Under the pieces are notes generated by a model that worked only from the letters and a program-made list of their open reading frames with translations, had not been told where the DNA came from and searched no databases. A DNA stretch of 64,000 nucleotides from positions 1,502,094 through 1,566,093 of the forward strand of contig CAJINV010000010.1 in the NCBI GenBank assembly GCA_905178155.1, in the 5' to 3' direction. A program made the translations under genes and the position numbers. Source of the stretch: Amoebophrya sp. A120 (Eukaryota; Protista; Dinoflagellata). Positions within the stretch are counted from its first letter, which is position 1. Every line of letters begins with the position of its first letter. Positions 48,001 through 61,041 of this stretch are shown piece by piece.

Positions 48001-48594
48001 ATCGAGCCAGCAAACCAAAAACCATACCGCCAGCTCGCGAAGCTTCGCAAACCGGTGGAAAGCGCCTCGCTGAAGGCTGTGCCTGGTGCAGTCGTCATCG
48101 CCCCGGGAAGTTTTCACCACTTCGGGTCGAAAATCGAGGCGGTTTGCAAGGAACTGCGCCGGATCAAAGTGGAATTTCCGGGCGAGAAGGTGATTGTCTT
48201 CGTCCAATGGGCGGGGATCGAGAACAAGCTGGCGACGGCGTTCACAAAGTACAACTTCAACTACATGCAGCTCCATGGAGGCAGCTACAAGCAGAACAGA
48301 ATCATCAACAGCTTCAAAGAAGACGCATCTTCCGAATTCGGCGAGTCCCCGGAAATTCTGCTGCTGAGTTTGGAAACCCAAGCAAGCGGGACCGACTTAT
48401 CACGGGCAAGCCACGTCTTCTTGGTCCACCCGATGTTAGGGCGAACCACCGCAGAAGCGATGGCCTACGAACAGCAAGCGACAGGGCGGGTGATCCGCAT
48501 GGGGCAAAAGCGGACGGCGCACATCTACCGCTTCTACACGCGTGGCACCGTGGAGGAGAAACTGCACTTGAAGGCAAGGCAGGCACCTTGCTAG
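39040..48594 (+). CDS. Rad5/Rad16-like SNF2 helicase with RING finger (paralog 2). Introns 39545-39723, ~40752-40916, ~43944-44169, ~44766-45055, ~45340-45580, ~45670-45909
   Basis: GGILADKVGFGKT, LVPSHLIDQW, RRIVYDEFH, spliced KWGLTGTP, RING CSVC..KCGHLFCKAC..CCHPNC, YEQQATGRVIRMGQ. Confidence 0.88.
43945..44165. mobile_element. Degenerate introner
   Basis: TATCC..AACGACTC / GAGTCGTT..GGATA; flanks GTGGT/AATTT; removal gives DQWSKEIQKF. Confidence 0.78.
44767..45051. mobile_element. Introner with TIR TATCAAGTGGAA
   Basis: Perfect 12-bp TIR; flanks GACTT/CCCCA; removal restores SNF2 motif III WGLTGTP. Confidence 0.82.
45341..45576. mobile_element. Introner family B
   Basis: TATGGCGTTCTCAACTGTT / AACAGTTGAGCACGCCATA; DR CTCCA. 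Confidence 0.88.
45673..45907. mobile_element. Introner family C
   Basis: TGAGAGTGCACAACCCC / GGGGTTGTGCACTTTCA; flanks CAGTC/AGGTC. Confidence 0.8.
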
Positions 48595-51500
48595 TCGGTG
48601 CGTTCCAGCAGAGACGCATGCTCCGGAGCAGCACAATTAGAAACTCGCGCGATTATTTATGCATTTGTACTAGCTTGACCCACTAAAAATCATTCAAATT
48701 CTGTACTGAAGGAGACCTTCCAACGACGATCGCCCTTGTTCTGTTGATGTATTACGAAGAACTGCGATCAGCGGTAAGGGTCCACCCTGAACAAGATCCA
48801 CTACAACCAAGCTGGAAGAGTCATCTCGTTAGTCGTTACGCAACAAAATCCAGCTTCAGATTAGATAAACAATATATGACTGGGACTACATTCTGAGTTG
48901 TCAATCTAGTCCAAAGTGCTGAATGAAAAAGAACAGCTGTTATGGACAAATTGTCGCTGATTGCGACAAAGAGTTTTTCGGTCTCGTGCCCTTACTTGTT
49001 CTTCGTAGGCGGGATGGATGCTCGTAAGAAGAACGTGCTCTTGGAAAAAAACTGAATGGGGTCAATAAGATATCATGTTCTGACAGGGGAATGTGAGTCA
49101 GCGTTTTTGAGTCGACGACTCGGGATTGTAGTCGGTTTTTCGGCCTAGAACGAGAGTGGGAGGGTCGTCTTCAGTAGGAAAAATGCCTGGTCGTTTGAAA
49201 CAACATTGACACGCGTGTGGTAGATCGCTCCGTACCAGAAACTTCGAAAACTCTGCATCATCTAAAGTTCCTGTAGAAGAACAATTCTGCAATTCAAGCT
49301 ACGCAAGAAATGTGATGCCTGCATTAAAGACATAATCGCCACAAGTAGAAGCTACAAGCTGTTTGCTTTTCTTCTTTCGAAGAAAGCTAAGGGAGCGAAA
49401 GAGATTGGCTTCTACTCCAGCAAAATAAAAGCCAGTACGAGCGAAAACTTTGCTTTCCGTGCAAACTGTAGCTAGCTGCCGATCTGCATCTGGTGTCGGC
49501 GCACCACTGACAATCATTGAAATAGAAACTGAATCTTCTACTGCGGTAAGTACATTGTAGCACCACACAAAAGCTGCAGAAGCAAAGATGGGGCGTCGTG
49601 GTCCCAATGCGCGCTGCCGGAAGCGCGTGACAAGCGCTGCGCAGTGGTTGGCGTTACCCCTGACCTTCCCGGGGGAGGATCACTTGAGTATCTATATAAG
49701 TATCTTTTTCTGATGAAGATGGTTTTTGGAAGTGCATATTGTATATTGAAGAGATATTTTGAAGAGACACATGGCAGGCCGCATGTTAAATAATGCTCCG
49801 TGTGCTAGTTTTTCTGCACCAAAGGAAATCCGCAGACGAAAAACAAAAAGAAACTACATAGGAAGAACGAAAATTAAAGGTTGGTGCGTCAATGCTTACG
49901 AAAATTTGCGCGGCTCGCAGAACATCCCACCCCCCGTGAATGAGGACGATGGCGCGGGTATCTCAGTGAGCGATGTCGTGCATGCGGATGGATCGGTACT
50001 GGGTATGCATTTTTTTTCACGAAATAATTCATGTAAGTACAACGAAGTTGGTTTGCGTTTCTTGTGTTGTGAATGAGATTCATTTTTTTTACATTTCTGC
50101 ATCTACAACACTCTTGGTTGATTGAAGATACGTTGCTCCGCTACAAGATAGAACGCTAAGACAAACAGACTTCCGTCTTGGAGAAGGACAAGGAATCGAT
50201 GGGGAAAACGGAGAGCGAAGAGGCGGCGAAAAGAAAGCAGGGAAGGGAGAAAGAAGAGGAACACCAAAAGCAAAAGCCGAGTCCGTCGCAGTCACGACAA
50301 CGAGCCGCGCTGGGAGCCGCGCTGCAGAGAAACCTGGCAGCAGCAGCGGAACAAAGGCAGACCGTACATGAGGAGCGGCTCCGAGCGAGCGGTGCTGCTA
50401 TGCTCAATTTTGGACGTACGTGTCAGTCCACCCCGTTTCGCCTGCGTGATCTCTACGTATGATTATCATGCTGATAATTTATTTGTATGCATTGTAACGC
50501 CAACGGTTTCCTATTCGTAAGTATGTCTTTTATGCCGGGCAACCCTCGTCTGCGGAGGTACCACGCCTCCACTATTTACTATAGGTTTCCCGTTGTAAAA
50601 ATAAAGGAAGAAGCCAGCAAATGTCAAGCAGCATAGTTTTCGGATGCGGAACTAGCACAGGCCGCCAGTGCTAGGCGTTGCAGGTTACGGGTACCAGCAC
50701 ACGCGGTCCTACTCTTCACAAGCATACTACATCTGGCCGCTGTGCGGATATTGGCAGAAATACCAGAGCAACAAGGAAACAACCAAGCCCAAGGCGGCCA
50801 CGTAGCCTATCGCTATCAGCCAGCCCCACCCCGCTAGAAGAAGCCGCGCTCTCGAAACCGCAAAGCGCTGGCGAAAGAAAGCGCTACACACCAGCACGTG
50901 AGCCCGCGCAAATGAATCAAATCTCATTTGCAGCAACTAAGGAAATCAGAATGAACCTAAGCGTGTGACTCAGTATGATTTGATATGAAGCTACCAGCAC
51001 GAAGCCGAATTGCAATTTAGAAAATATTCAAAGTCTAGATGTGATGCTGCACGATGAAAATCAAAATGCAAATTCATGTAATCTCTCAGCGCGTAGAACT
51101 ACCGACAGAGAAAGTTAGTTGCTAGCACCTCGAGCAGTAGTTGTTCGGTTCATGACAAGAACCCCTGGCAGCGCTAGCGCACTCACGACCAATTTAGATT
51201 TTAGTGCCTCGATTTAGGTTTTCCACAATGTATAATGCAATTTGTTGAAGCTTGAGGACAAGCTCCAGCACCAGCAGCCCCACCGCCATCGGACGTGAGT
51301 AGAAATAAAAATAAAAACATCTTCGCACACGTTGCTGCTCGTGTGATGAATTGATTCCGCTTCTACAACATGAGGTCCACCTGCACTCGCATTCATGATC
51401 GTTCTGTCGCCTGTTTATTCTGTCTTCGCTATTCAGAAGAGGAGAGAGAGAATTCGACGGGCACAGGCGGAGAAATTTTCTTCCTCGTATTTCTGTCACT

Positions 51501-51732
51501 GTATTGGTTATTTATTTGTGCCCTCGCTATTTGTCGTGTTGCCCTGAAGTCGTCAACTCAATAATATCGACTATTGCCATTCCTTCCCTGCTGGTGCAGC
51601 TTCTTTGGTTTCACTTCGTAGAGTGTCATCTCTGTTCCATGTCGGTGATCAACATACGAAACATTTTCAAACCAGCACTGCTCGCAATAACGGAACAATA
51701 GCATCAAGAACAGAAGAAAATCCACGAACACA

Positions 51733-54700
51733 ATGAACTCCCATCCTCATCTCCCCACCACCTCTCCGATCTGGAGCCGGCACACGCGGGCCAGCTATTA
51801 AAGTGCACAACTCCCCCTCCCCCTCATTTGCCATGTAAGATCCGAAATCCAGCATCTGTACCTTGTGGCATTCTGTGCATGACAGATTCCGGAAGCCCAA
51901 AGAGTACTGCACTAGGAGCGGCATGAATTTGTTCATGCATAGGCCCCACGCGTGCTGGTGTTTGTGCTGCTGTTCATGCCATATTAATGAGGGGGAAGCG
52001 CAGTTGTGCACTCCCATACCAGCGCTTCGAAAACGCGAATCAATGAGATCGAGTCCGTCCTGTACCACCCGCCAGAGACGCGGGCCATCGATGCCGGCGT
52101 CATGTGGACGCATGGGTTGCGGGCAGGTACTATTTCTCGTAATTCAATTTCATAAAACATGGTCGGTTACGGCTTTCTGAAACGATTGTAGTTTTGGAGG
52201 ATACTTTAACTTTTTACATCATTTGTTTAGCACAACTCTTGGGTGTCGTACAGCAAGACGGGCGACCACTATAGGAAGAAGTAGGACATCTTCGTGAATA
52301 TTTGTGTATCTCCACCTCTGAAACTGAACAATCCACCTCAAAATATTAAACAGGCACTACCGCCCTGCCCGCATTCCCGCCCCAGCAACCGCCTTCAACG
52401 AAACCCGGACCTGGAGGGGGCACTACACAGCACAGTACTGGCAAGAATCACCTCACAGGAACAACGACGAAAGATTCCACCTCGAACCCACCCAACACGA
52501 CGTTCCTCAAAACCCTCGCGAGCTACTCCTTTCATCTACCGGTAAACCGCAGTCGCAGTAACCCGACCACCCCAAGAAATTTCAACCAATCGAGCATCCG
52601 GCTTTCCGTTCCGTACGAAAGGACGCCAAGTCTGTCGGAAATCGTGCGGCGTGGAGATCATGTATCCTGTGTAAAAGTATTGTACTCGTAAAAATGCATT
52701 ACAAATTAAAATTTCCTCAGCATGAGAAATAAAATCTGTAATGCGGATTTACGTCAAGAAAAACATTTGTAATACATGACTGCAATACGAGTACGATACT
52801 TTTGCAGTTCATATCATGCCACTGAGGACAAATTCAAGGCGACCAATAGTACGCCCAGAAGCAGCAGCAAGCCGAAATTCAACACGAGCTTTCACTTCGA
52901 CAACCGCGTCGGCGGGGCTGGTACTGGACCGTTTCCAGTTACTGGAAGATCAGTTACTGGGGGAACTACATCAGGGAACAAATCTTCAAAACTCGTCACT
53001 GGCAGCACAAATCTGTTCTGCAACCCACAAAACAATAGCGGAACATCAACCCGAGCGCCGTCGGTGGTGCTCGCGGAGCAAGCTTTCAAAAGGTACCAGG
53101 ACAACAACTATTTGAAAGTGCAAGGGCAGCAAGACCAGCATCCCGGACTGACATTTCAGGTGGACGAGCAACAATCTACAGCACTGAATAAAACCCCGAT
53201 GTCTGCGCGCGGCGCCAATCCCGCTCAGCCTCAGAGAAATAGCAATAAGCCTGACTCTGCCACCAAATCCCCGTCGACCTCTCGGAGCCCGCGGCGGAGG
53301 TCTTCGTCCGCTTTTCTTCGTTTCCCCGAGCCGCTGCAATCGCCGCAGAAAGTCGGAGGAGGAGGTACTAGTGCAGGAGAACAAGGGGCTACTATCAAAA
53401 CATCCTCTCTAGTCATGAAAAGTCCGCGCGCACCAGGCAGTGCTGGACACAAGGTCGTGGCCAAAGCTACCGCACCAGGAGTTGCGGCCCCTAGTACGTC
53501 GGGAGCCACCACCACACGAAGTCGCTCGCAGTCTGCGTCACCGAAGAGAAGTTCTGCAGCAGGCAAGGTAGCCGCACAGAAAGCCGCCCTCCGTGCGTCA
53601 TCGTCGTCGTCGAAGAAGCAAGCTCATTTGATGGAGCTGCACGAAGTTCCGCTGTCGACCAGAATTCCCACCGTTGAGGTCGAAACGGTTACTGTCTCCA
53701 CCTCCCAACAACCGCCAACGAGCGCAAGAGGATCTACTTCTCCCGGGATGAAAATGAGTCAGCAATTGCGCGCGCGGTCCCAGGACCTCCCACCTGCATC
53801 AGCTAACGTCACCAGGAAGCAAATGTTCCTCCAGCTCAACGCGAGCAGGATGGGAGTGCAGGCTCCAAGTATCAATCTCTTGCAGCCGACGAGGAGCTTT
53901 TTACGGAAGCGTGGAACGACGAGTTCGAATTCGCCGTCCTCGAAGGGCGCGACGGCGCACACACAGACGACTAAAAACACCTCCGAGGACCACCAAAACG
54001 CGACCAAGAACCTTGTTGGCGCTCCTTTTCAACCCCCTGCCCGGAACAATACAAGGACTGGAGCTAGTCATCCTTCGGCGTCTTTGCAGGAGCCTCCGAA
54101 CAAGAACTACTTGAAGGTGAAGATAGGTCAAGGTCTGCCGGATCATGCGAAGCAAACGTACCTCTTCGCACCAGAACCTGCGGGGACAACAAAAGTAGCT
54201 GCCTCTGGCAGGCAAAACACAAATAATCCCTCTCCGCGAAAGTCCTCTTCCACTACTCCTTCCGTGAAACTCCTTTCCGCGAAAAGTTTCTTCCTGAACC
54301 AAGCCAACGCCAGGACGGAGTCAGTGGTCGAAGTTGGGGTTGAGCGAGTTGGTGGAGATGCTGCTTGTGGTGCTGGTTCTACTGCTGCATCTCGCTCACC
54401 CTCTAGAAAAGGGAAGTATCCTTCTGCAGTAGACAACGCTTCGAGCAAAAGCAACTCTGCTTCTCCGAAGCGGTCCCGCTCCGGTCCGGTCCTCGTAAAC
54501 GAAGAAAACAACCCGCCTCAAGTGCCGCTTTCTGCCCGCGCAAACAGCATGCTGTCGACTTCAAGCAAAGGGAGTTCTGTTGGCACAAACAAAAACGGAG
54601 GCGGTAGATTCCTACAAACGACATTAAGAGCGACGACGACCGGCACAAGGACCACTACAACTTCCACCCGCGCGCAACAGGTAGAACGAAGACTGAAGAT

Positions 54701-57700
54701 CGCAGAGGAGTTACAGAACCGCAAGAAGGAGATGTCGGCGAGCAGGGTGAGGTTTCAGGACGTTCTGGACGAATTGGAGGAGGAGGAGCAGAATTTCAAA
54801 TTCGTCGCTGAAAACAATCAAGACCATCAGGATAGCAGCGCCTCTCCAACCAGGTTGACCTATCCGGACACGTCGCTCTTGAGCAAGACGAAGCTAGCCG
54901 GGCACAACTACTTGCCGGTGAAGAGGAAGAAGAAACGGAGCACCACTGGGTCAACATCTGCGGCGAAAAACAAAACAAATTCTTCTTTTGATTCCAGCAT
55001 GATGTCTAATGTTGGGTCGGTTTTTCATCAGAACGTGAAGCGTACTGCCGGCGGGAGCTGGAATGCGGATACAAGAATCCGGGATTCCGGGCTGTTCGAG
55101 GACCGACACTGGAATGATAAGAGGACAAGGGCGGCTTCGAGGGAAAGAGCTCGAGTTGGACAACCTGCGGGTGGCGGTGGTCCAGCGGGAGCCAGCAATG
55201 CGTTGATCGTCCGCCAACCGAAATCTGGAATAGCAGGTGGAACACATCTTCAACCCAACAGCAACAGTGGCCCAGTTGCGAACAAAACTACCCGGCCGCG
55301 CCCTACACGAACGGATGCGCGGGCGCAGCAACAGAAGCACGTGAATGGCGAAGCGGGACGAGAACACACAGAGTCAGAGGAAGACGCTGCTGCGCTTGCT
55401 GAGGACAACACTGACGAGGATAATTTCGACGCTCCTAAACAAGAACAGTCGCTTTCGGACCAGCAAGTCAACATTTCCTCGAATTTGACTTCCAACACGA
55501 ACTCCCGATCCCACATTACTCCAGCGGATTCGGTTATGGAGAATCTCTTTCTCAACAACCGCAGCTACGCCGAGAGGCTGTCGACGGAGCAAAGAATGTT
55601 TGAAAACATCATCACCGCGGAAGACCAACAGGCGGAAGAAGATTTGTTGCGGTATTTGCGGAGTGTCGTATGCATTGCAAAAGCATCGTACTAGTGTAAA
55701 TCGCAATACAAATTTTCTCAGAAGCAAAAATGAAGTTTGTAATGCTGATTTGGCTAAGAAACAAGAATTGTCGTGCGTGATTGCAATTAGTACGAGTGCG
55801 ATACTTTTGCAGAGCATATGTCGGGTCTTTGAACGATTTGGAACTGGAGGAAATTCCGGTGGAGACTGAGGAAGGTCCCAAAGGTGGTCGGCAGGGAAAG
55901 AACCACAGTAGTCGGATTTCCACAACGACCAGAGCCGCACCTGCGCCGCCGATGCTTTACTATCCAGAACAGCAATTATCCTTAACCAGCAAAGACAACC
56001 TTCTCTCTGTCGGGGCAGCAACGGAGTTGCTGGAGCCCGCGTTACCGTGGAAGTCCGAGGTAGTTTCGTCGAAGGGATCGGAATTGGTGCCGGAGTTTCC
56101 ATCAAGCAGTGGAGATCTTCACGATTTTTTGAAATACAGTGTCGTGAACCTGGTGAACCCTTCGCTAAATACTGAGGAGAACTCCTTCTCTGTCATGCTG
56201 GTGGACAAGGAAGCAAGTGTGAAATCGATTGTGAAAGAGGCTAGTGGAAGTGCTCGGGCGAGACAGTTAGTGCGGACGAAACCCGAGGCGATAGTCCCTG
56301 CTGCTGTGCCTTCGCGGGAAGATGAAACCGATGATCAGGCGGATCAAAAAAACGATGACAGCTACCACACCACCGAGGATATCCTCGCAATTGCGAAAAC
56401 CAGTCGACAGGGCAGTCCGGAAGAAGATCCTGAGGAGAAACAAAAACCAGAAAATTCCACTTACGGCAGCTCATACGTTCGCGCAGCTCCAGGAAACAAT
56501 TTTGACCAGTCTGATGTAGATGCTCTTGCAGCGGTGGACGATGGTGCAGTGCAGCAACAATTGTCCGGCAGCCACACTTATCAAATGTAAAAATGTCTGG
56601 GTATGGAAGACGCCCAGAAAAGCGCCGCAAGTGCATGCTTTTTATTTGCGTGAGATTTGCGCGAGATTTGCGCGAGATTTCCAAAAATATTACGAATCCT
56701 GCCAGATCCTTCGGGAAACTTTTTAAGGCGAGAACCGCCTCCGTGAGTATTTATTTTCAAGTATGTCAGCCAATAACTATACCAGAATATTAATAATATT
56801 GCCAAATCGGGCAGCTTTTTGAGGCGAGAACCCACTCCCTGAATATTTTCAAGTATATTCGCCAAGAAATATTCCAGAATATTCATAATATTGCCAAATC
56901 GGGCAACTTTTTGAAGCGAGAGCCCACTCCCTGAATATTTTCAAGTATGTTCGCCAATAAATGGCGCAGGATATTAATAATATTGCCAAATCGGGCAGCT
57001 TTTTGGGGCGGGAACCCACTCCCTGAATATTTTCAAGTATATTCGCCAATAAATATTCCAGAATATTAATAATATTGCCAAATCGGGCAGCTTTTTGAGG
57101 CGAGAACCGACTCCCTGAATGTTTTCAAGTATATTCGCCAATAAATATTCCAGAATATTAATAACGTTGCCAAATCGGGCAGCTTTTTGAGGCGAGAACC
57201 CACTCCCTGAATATTTTCAAGTATATTCGCGAACATGCCTCAAAATATTCACGGAGGGGGTTCTCGCCTCAAAAAGCTGCCCGACGGATTTGGCAATATT
57301 CCTATTATTTTTGAGCGGGGTAACAACTAGGGCAACTAACTCGGGATTGTAAGTGCGAAAGTTTTTCTATATAGCGACACCTCTGACCGGAGCCGACGAC
57401 TCCGGTTAGAGGTGCGCTTTGAAAACGTCCTAGCAACATATGCAATTCGTGCGGTTTTGTGCATAATTTTTGCGCTTTCGGTAAAAAACTCGCTTCATAG
57501 GAAAGCGTGTGAAATTGTTGGGCTTCATAAATGTTAGCTTCACGGCAAGCAATTTTCGCCATGACAAAGCAGGCACCGCCTGCGCTGCAAAGAAAGCGAA
57601 AACGTTGCCCCGCCGAGAATTTTCAAAAAAGGCCCCAAGACGACAAATAGCATGCACAAAAGCACAAAACTGCACAAGGAATTCCTGCTGTAACGAACCG

Positions 57701-59914
57701 GCTGTGCGCTCGCCGGCCCTTGCCAGCACGAGTTGCCTGCTCGCTACTGGCCGCCACGAGTTACCTGGCTAGCTAGGCAACTCGTGGCGACCAGTCTCGG
57801 CCGCTCGAAAAACTTTCGCACTTAGAATCCCGAGTTAGTTGGCCTAGTTGTTACTCCGCTCTTTTAAATCTCGCGCAAATCTCACGCAAATAAAAAAGAC
57901 GCACTTCCGGCGCTTTTCTGGGCGTCTTCCATACCCAGACACTTTTACACTTGATAACACTTCTTCCTCAACAGCTGGCGGCACTGGCAACCGCCCCAGA
58001 CCCTTCCCCGGCATGGGCGCTTTTCGGAAAGTGAAGGAAAAGCTGAGCGATTCCTCCGCTTCCCCGGTGAAAGTAAAGAACAGTGCTATGGCTCCGCCAA
58101 GACCAGCACCATCGAGTGTTCATGTTGTATCGCCTTCGAAAAGAACAAGGGCTGCGGGTACCGCGGGTGCCACCACCTCCATTCAAGTACCGTCGACGTC
58201 GAATTCTAGTACACGTGGCAGCAAGGAGTCTTCGTCTACTCATCAAGCTACCAACATGATTCCCAGCACGACCGCCGTGTTCGCAAGCAAGATGGGCGGT
58301 AAAAAAGTAGAACTCGCATGTGAAGAGAGTGCTGTTGGTGTGGTTGCGGAAGTTGTAGCTCCTGATCAAACAGCAGAAGAGGAAGCAAAAACCTCTGCGC
58401 GCGGGAGAAGTTCGTCCGCTTCGCGAACAACTACCCGGCGTTCGAATGATTACCCTCGACGACAAAATCGCGCTTCTAGCTCGCCGGTGAAGAGGAACGA
58501 AATGAATAGGAGTGGCGAAGAAGGACATCCAGTTCATCAAAGCAACGCAAACATCAACCCCTTCGACCGCTCCGCGCGAACAATGGGAGCTGCTACAGGA
58601 GGAGTCTCCTCAGCGGTGTCGAAAACGAAAGCGCGAATCCCCCGAAATCCGCAGAAGATCACTACTCCGACTTCGGAGAACACGAAGCCGCTGGCGTTTT
58701 TAGACAATGCGGAGAGCAGCGCCAGGCAGCCTTTGGCGAACATGGGTTCAACATTTCGTAGCAGTTTTAACGGACCACGAAGACCACGCAGTAGAAGTCG
58801 GGGAAAGGAGCCGGCCTCTTCTACGACAACCCCCGTAACAAACACAGTCGCCGCGACGACGCCTAGTGTCGCGAATGGTAATGCCGTAGCAAATCCAAAT
58901 CGGGGTCGACATCAAGTCGCACATCCGAGGAAGAATCCCTTTTCCTCAGCATCGTCCACATTAACTACTACATCCGGCGAAGGAGGAGCTACCAGTGCCG
59001 CTTCAACCAAAATCAACGCAGCAGAATATCTGGAGAAGAACAAAAACAAAATTCCCGCGAGAGTGATGGTCGGGATGAGACAGGGTGAGGAAGACCAAGA
59101 CGCGGACAAGATGAAGATCGAGTTCGATCTGAAGCACGAGGAGCGAAGCCACAGCGGTATGATAAATAAAAGCGTTGAGGAGCCAACGCATCCTGATGAC
59201 CCCACTTGCGAAAACACGGCGACAATTGTGGTCGAAGCTGGTTTGGTGTCGTCGCATGCCGAGAACTATCTCGTTGCGGAACTTGGCGGTGGTGCTGAAA
59301 CTGAAAGTAAAATCAACATGCACCGACAAAATGCCAGAACAGAAACGCACGAGCCAGCGGTCGTACAGAGGATGTTGAACGAGGATGAATTCTCCAAAAA
59401 CACTAGCAAAACTTCATCGACATCTTCCCGAGCTGCAGCCCACAGCACTCACGGTAAAATCTTGAACCAGCAGCAGCAGCTGCAGCAGCAGTATCGTCAG
59501 CAGGAGCATAGTGTTAATTATCCACCTCCTGCCCGGACCCGGACCCCCTCCCTCTCCACGACAACCTTCATCCAGCCGCAGCCGAATCAGACCATCATCG
59601 CGCCGCCTCTGCACGTCCCGAACTTAATCTTAAATGCGCAAATCTCGCAAATGAACAACGCGGACAAGATGCAGCGGGGGCTAAGTGTGCCACCTCTTTT
59701 GCGGGGGATTTGGAACACCAACGGGGGTGCTTTGTCCGATTCGACGACGCCGAGGGCGGGAGCAACGGGATTTCAACCACCGGAGCGGATCATCTCAGGC
59801 TGCACCTCATCGGCTTCGAAATTGTCCAGCTCTATTCAGTCTGTATCAAAAAGTAGCGTTGGAGGTGGTGCGGCTACGGCTTCTATGCCTCCTCGGGGGG
59901 TTTTGTTGCAGTAG
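51733..59914 (+). CDS. Very large S/T/P/R-rich, probably disordered protein. Introns ~51795-52022, 52127-52353, ~52662-52817, ~55668-55822, ~56578-57960
   Basis: ATG at 51733; every junction joins in frame (RAS|ASK, LRA|GTT, RGDH|ATE, LRSV|GSL, GSHT|SSS) into ORFs 52776, 55781 and 57848. Confidence 0.72.
51796..52018. mobile_element. Introner family C
   Basis: AGTGCACAACT / AGTTGTGCACT; DR CCAGC. Confidence 0.85.
52663..52813. mobile_element. Introner family D
   Basis: TATCCTGTGTAAAAGTATTGTACTCGTA / TACGAGTACGATACTTTTGCAGTTCATA; DR TCATG. Confidence 0.88.
55669..55818. mobile_element. Introner family D
   Basis: TATGCATTGCAAAAGCATCG / CGATACTTTTGCAGAGCATA; DR TGTCG. Confidence 0.88.
56782..57229 (+). 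repeat. 92-bp tandem repeat, ~5 copies, plus a degenerate copy upstream and an inverted partial copy at ~57241-57300
   Basis: Units CCAGAATATTAATAATATTGCCAAATCGGGCAGCTTTTTGAGGCGAGAACCCACTCCCTG... start at 56782, 56874, 56966, 57058 and 57150. Confidence 0.92.
57313..57861. mobile_element. Nested MITE-like element, 55-bp TIR, TTTT flanks
   Basis: GAGCGGGGTAACAACTAGGGCAACTAACTCGGGATT..GTTTTTC at 57313-57367 mirrored at 57807-57861. Confidence 0.85.
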
Positions 59915-61041
59915 TCGGGCGCGTGGTGCGCGTGCGCACAAGCTTCAGTTTGAATCGAAAAATAGAAGAGTAGTAAAAATGACGGGTGTAAGTTTTCTTG
60001 TCCTCGTCGGAATGACATGGTATGACATGAAAAATATACAAAATCAATGCAGAATGTGTGTGCCGTCAATACTTTAGCAGTACTCACTTGTCTTACCTCT
60101 ACTTCCCATCAGGAGGAGCGTGATCGCTTTTACACGGAGAGAAGAAAAACTACCGGCATTGAGGCTGGCTAAACTAGTAAGCGTACCAACCCGGTGTCCT
60201 CGTCCATGGTACGATATCACACAACGATGAAGAAGAAGCACAGCGTATAAAAACCGTAGAAATGCTTGTCCCTAATGTACGATGAGTAAACAAGGCAGCA
60301 AATGAGACCTAGAACTGGAAAAGAAATGAAGTTTAATTCGTATGTGAAATTAATGAAAGGGCGAATGTTTTGGAAGTTTTACGTTTCATTTGGTATTGTA
60401 ACTTTTTCCCGCGGGCGTGATTCACACACTTCTCCACTGCGGAGTTCGCTGCCGGGGGAGGTGGCTCCTTATCTCATCTGAGCACTGCTCAATTTTGCTG
60501 CGCTGCACTGTAACCGTTCCCTTGTGGTGACGCCTGTATGCGTTCTTGATGTTCGATCTTTTTCATTTCCACGAGACTTGTATCGTGAAGCTTTTACGCA
60601 AGATCGTTTTATCAAGTAGGGATCATTGGTCAACCCGGAGCCACCAGGGCTTAACTTTCACTTTGTGAAGATCTACAAGCTGCAGCAGCGGTAGAAAGGC
60701 GAAGCAATGAAAATGATACATGGTAGATAATCGCGTGCGATCTTACTGCTCTATCGTGGACCACGTGGTGCTGAAGTAGATGCTTCTATTGAACTACTAG
60801 CATCGCTTTGAACAAAACCACAACAAGGACCTTGATGTCCTGCTCCGGTGCTGTCTCTCGTAGAAGCTGCACAACCACGACCACCTACGGCTCCTTACTG
60901 TGTCACGTGATGCGGAAGTTGTCGTGGTAAGTTTAATATTTGCATCTGATCTCGTTCTCGATAACCGTACCACTAGCTACTCCTCAAAAATCTGACGTTC
61001 AAATTTATTGAAGATTGTTCCAAGGAAAAACTATCCAAAAA

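Larger units (their letters stand above)
56579..57956. mobile_element. Giant composite introner: family-A ends, ~90-bp TIR, internal tandem array and nested MITE
   Basis: TATCAAATGTAAAAATGTCTGGGTATGGAAGACGCCCAGAAAAGCGCCG... mirrored at 57866-57956; DR ACACT. Confidence 0.9.

Noticed and set aside
28441-48594. SNF2 genes as frameshifted pseudogenes or products of stop-codon recoding
   Set aside because: All breaks are explained by introns that restore conserved motifs in frame.
49615-49690. SRP/Alu-like or tRNA-like fragment (GGGAGGATCACTTGAG)
   Set aside because: Short match only; no T arm, SRP helix or conserved upstream element.
50199-50968. Small two-exon gene (MGKTESEEAAKRK...)
   Set aside because: Looks coding, but I could not find phase-compatible splice sites or a recognisable domain.
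51105-51130. U6-like ACAGAGA box
   Set aside because: The downstream AGC/ISL sequence of U6 is absent.
56782-57229. CRISPR-like array
   Set aside because: Units are contiguous 92-bp repeats with no unique spacers, there are no cas genes, and the context is eukaryotic and intronic.
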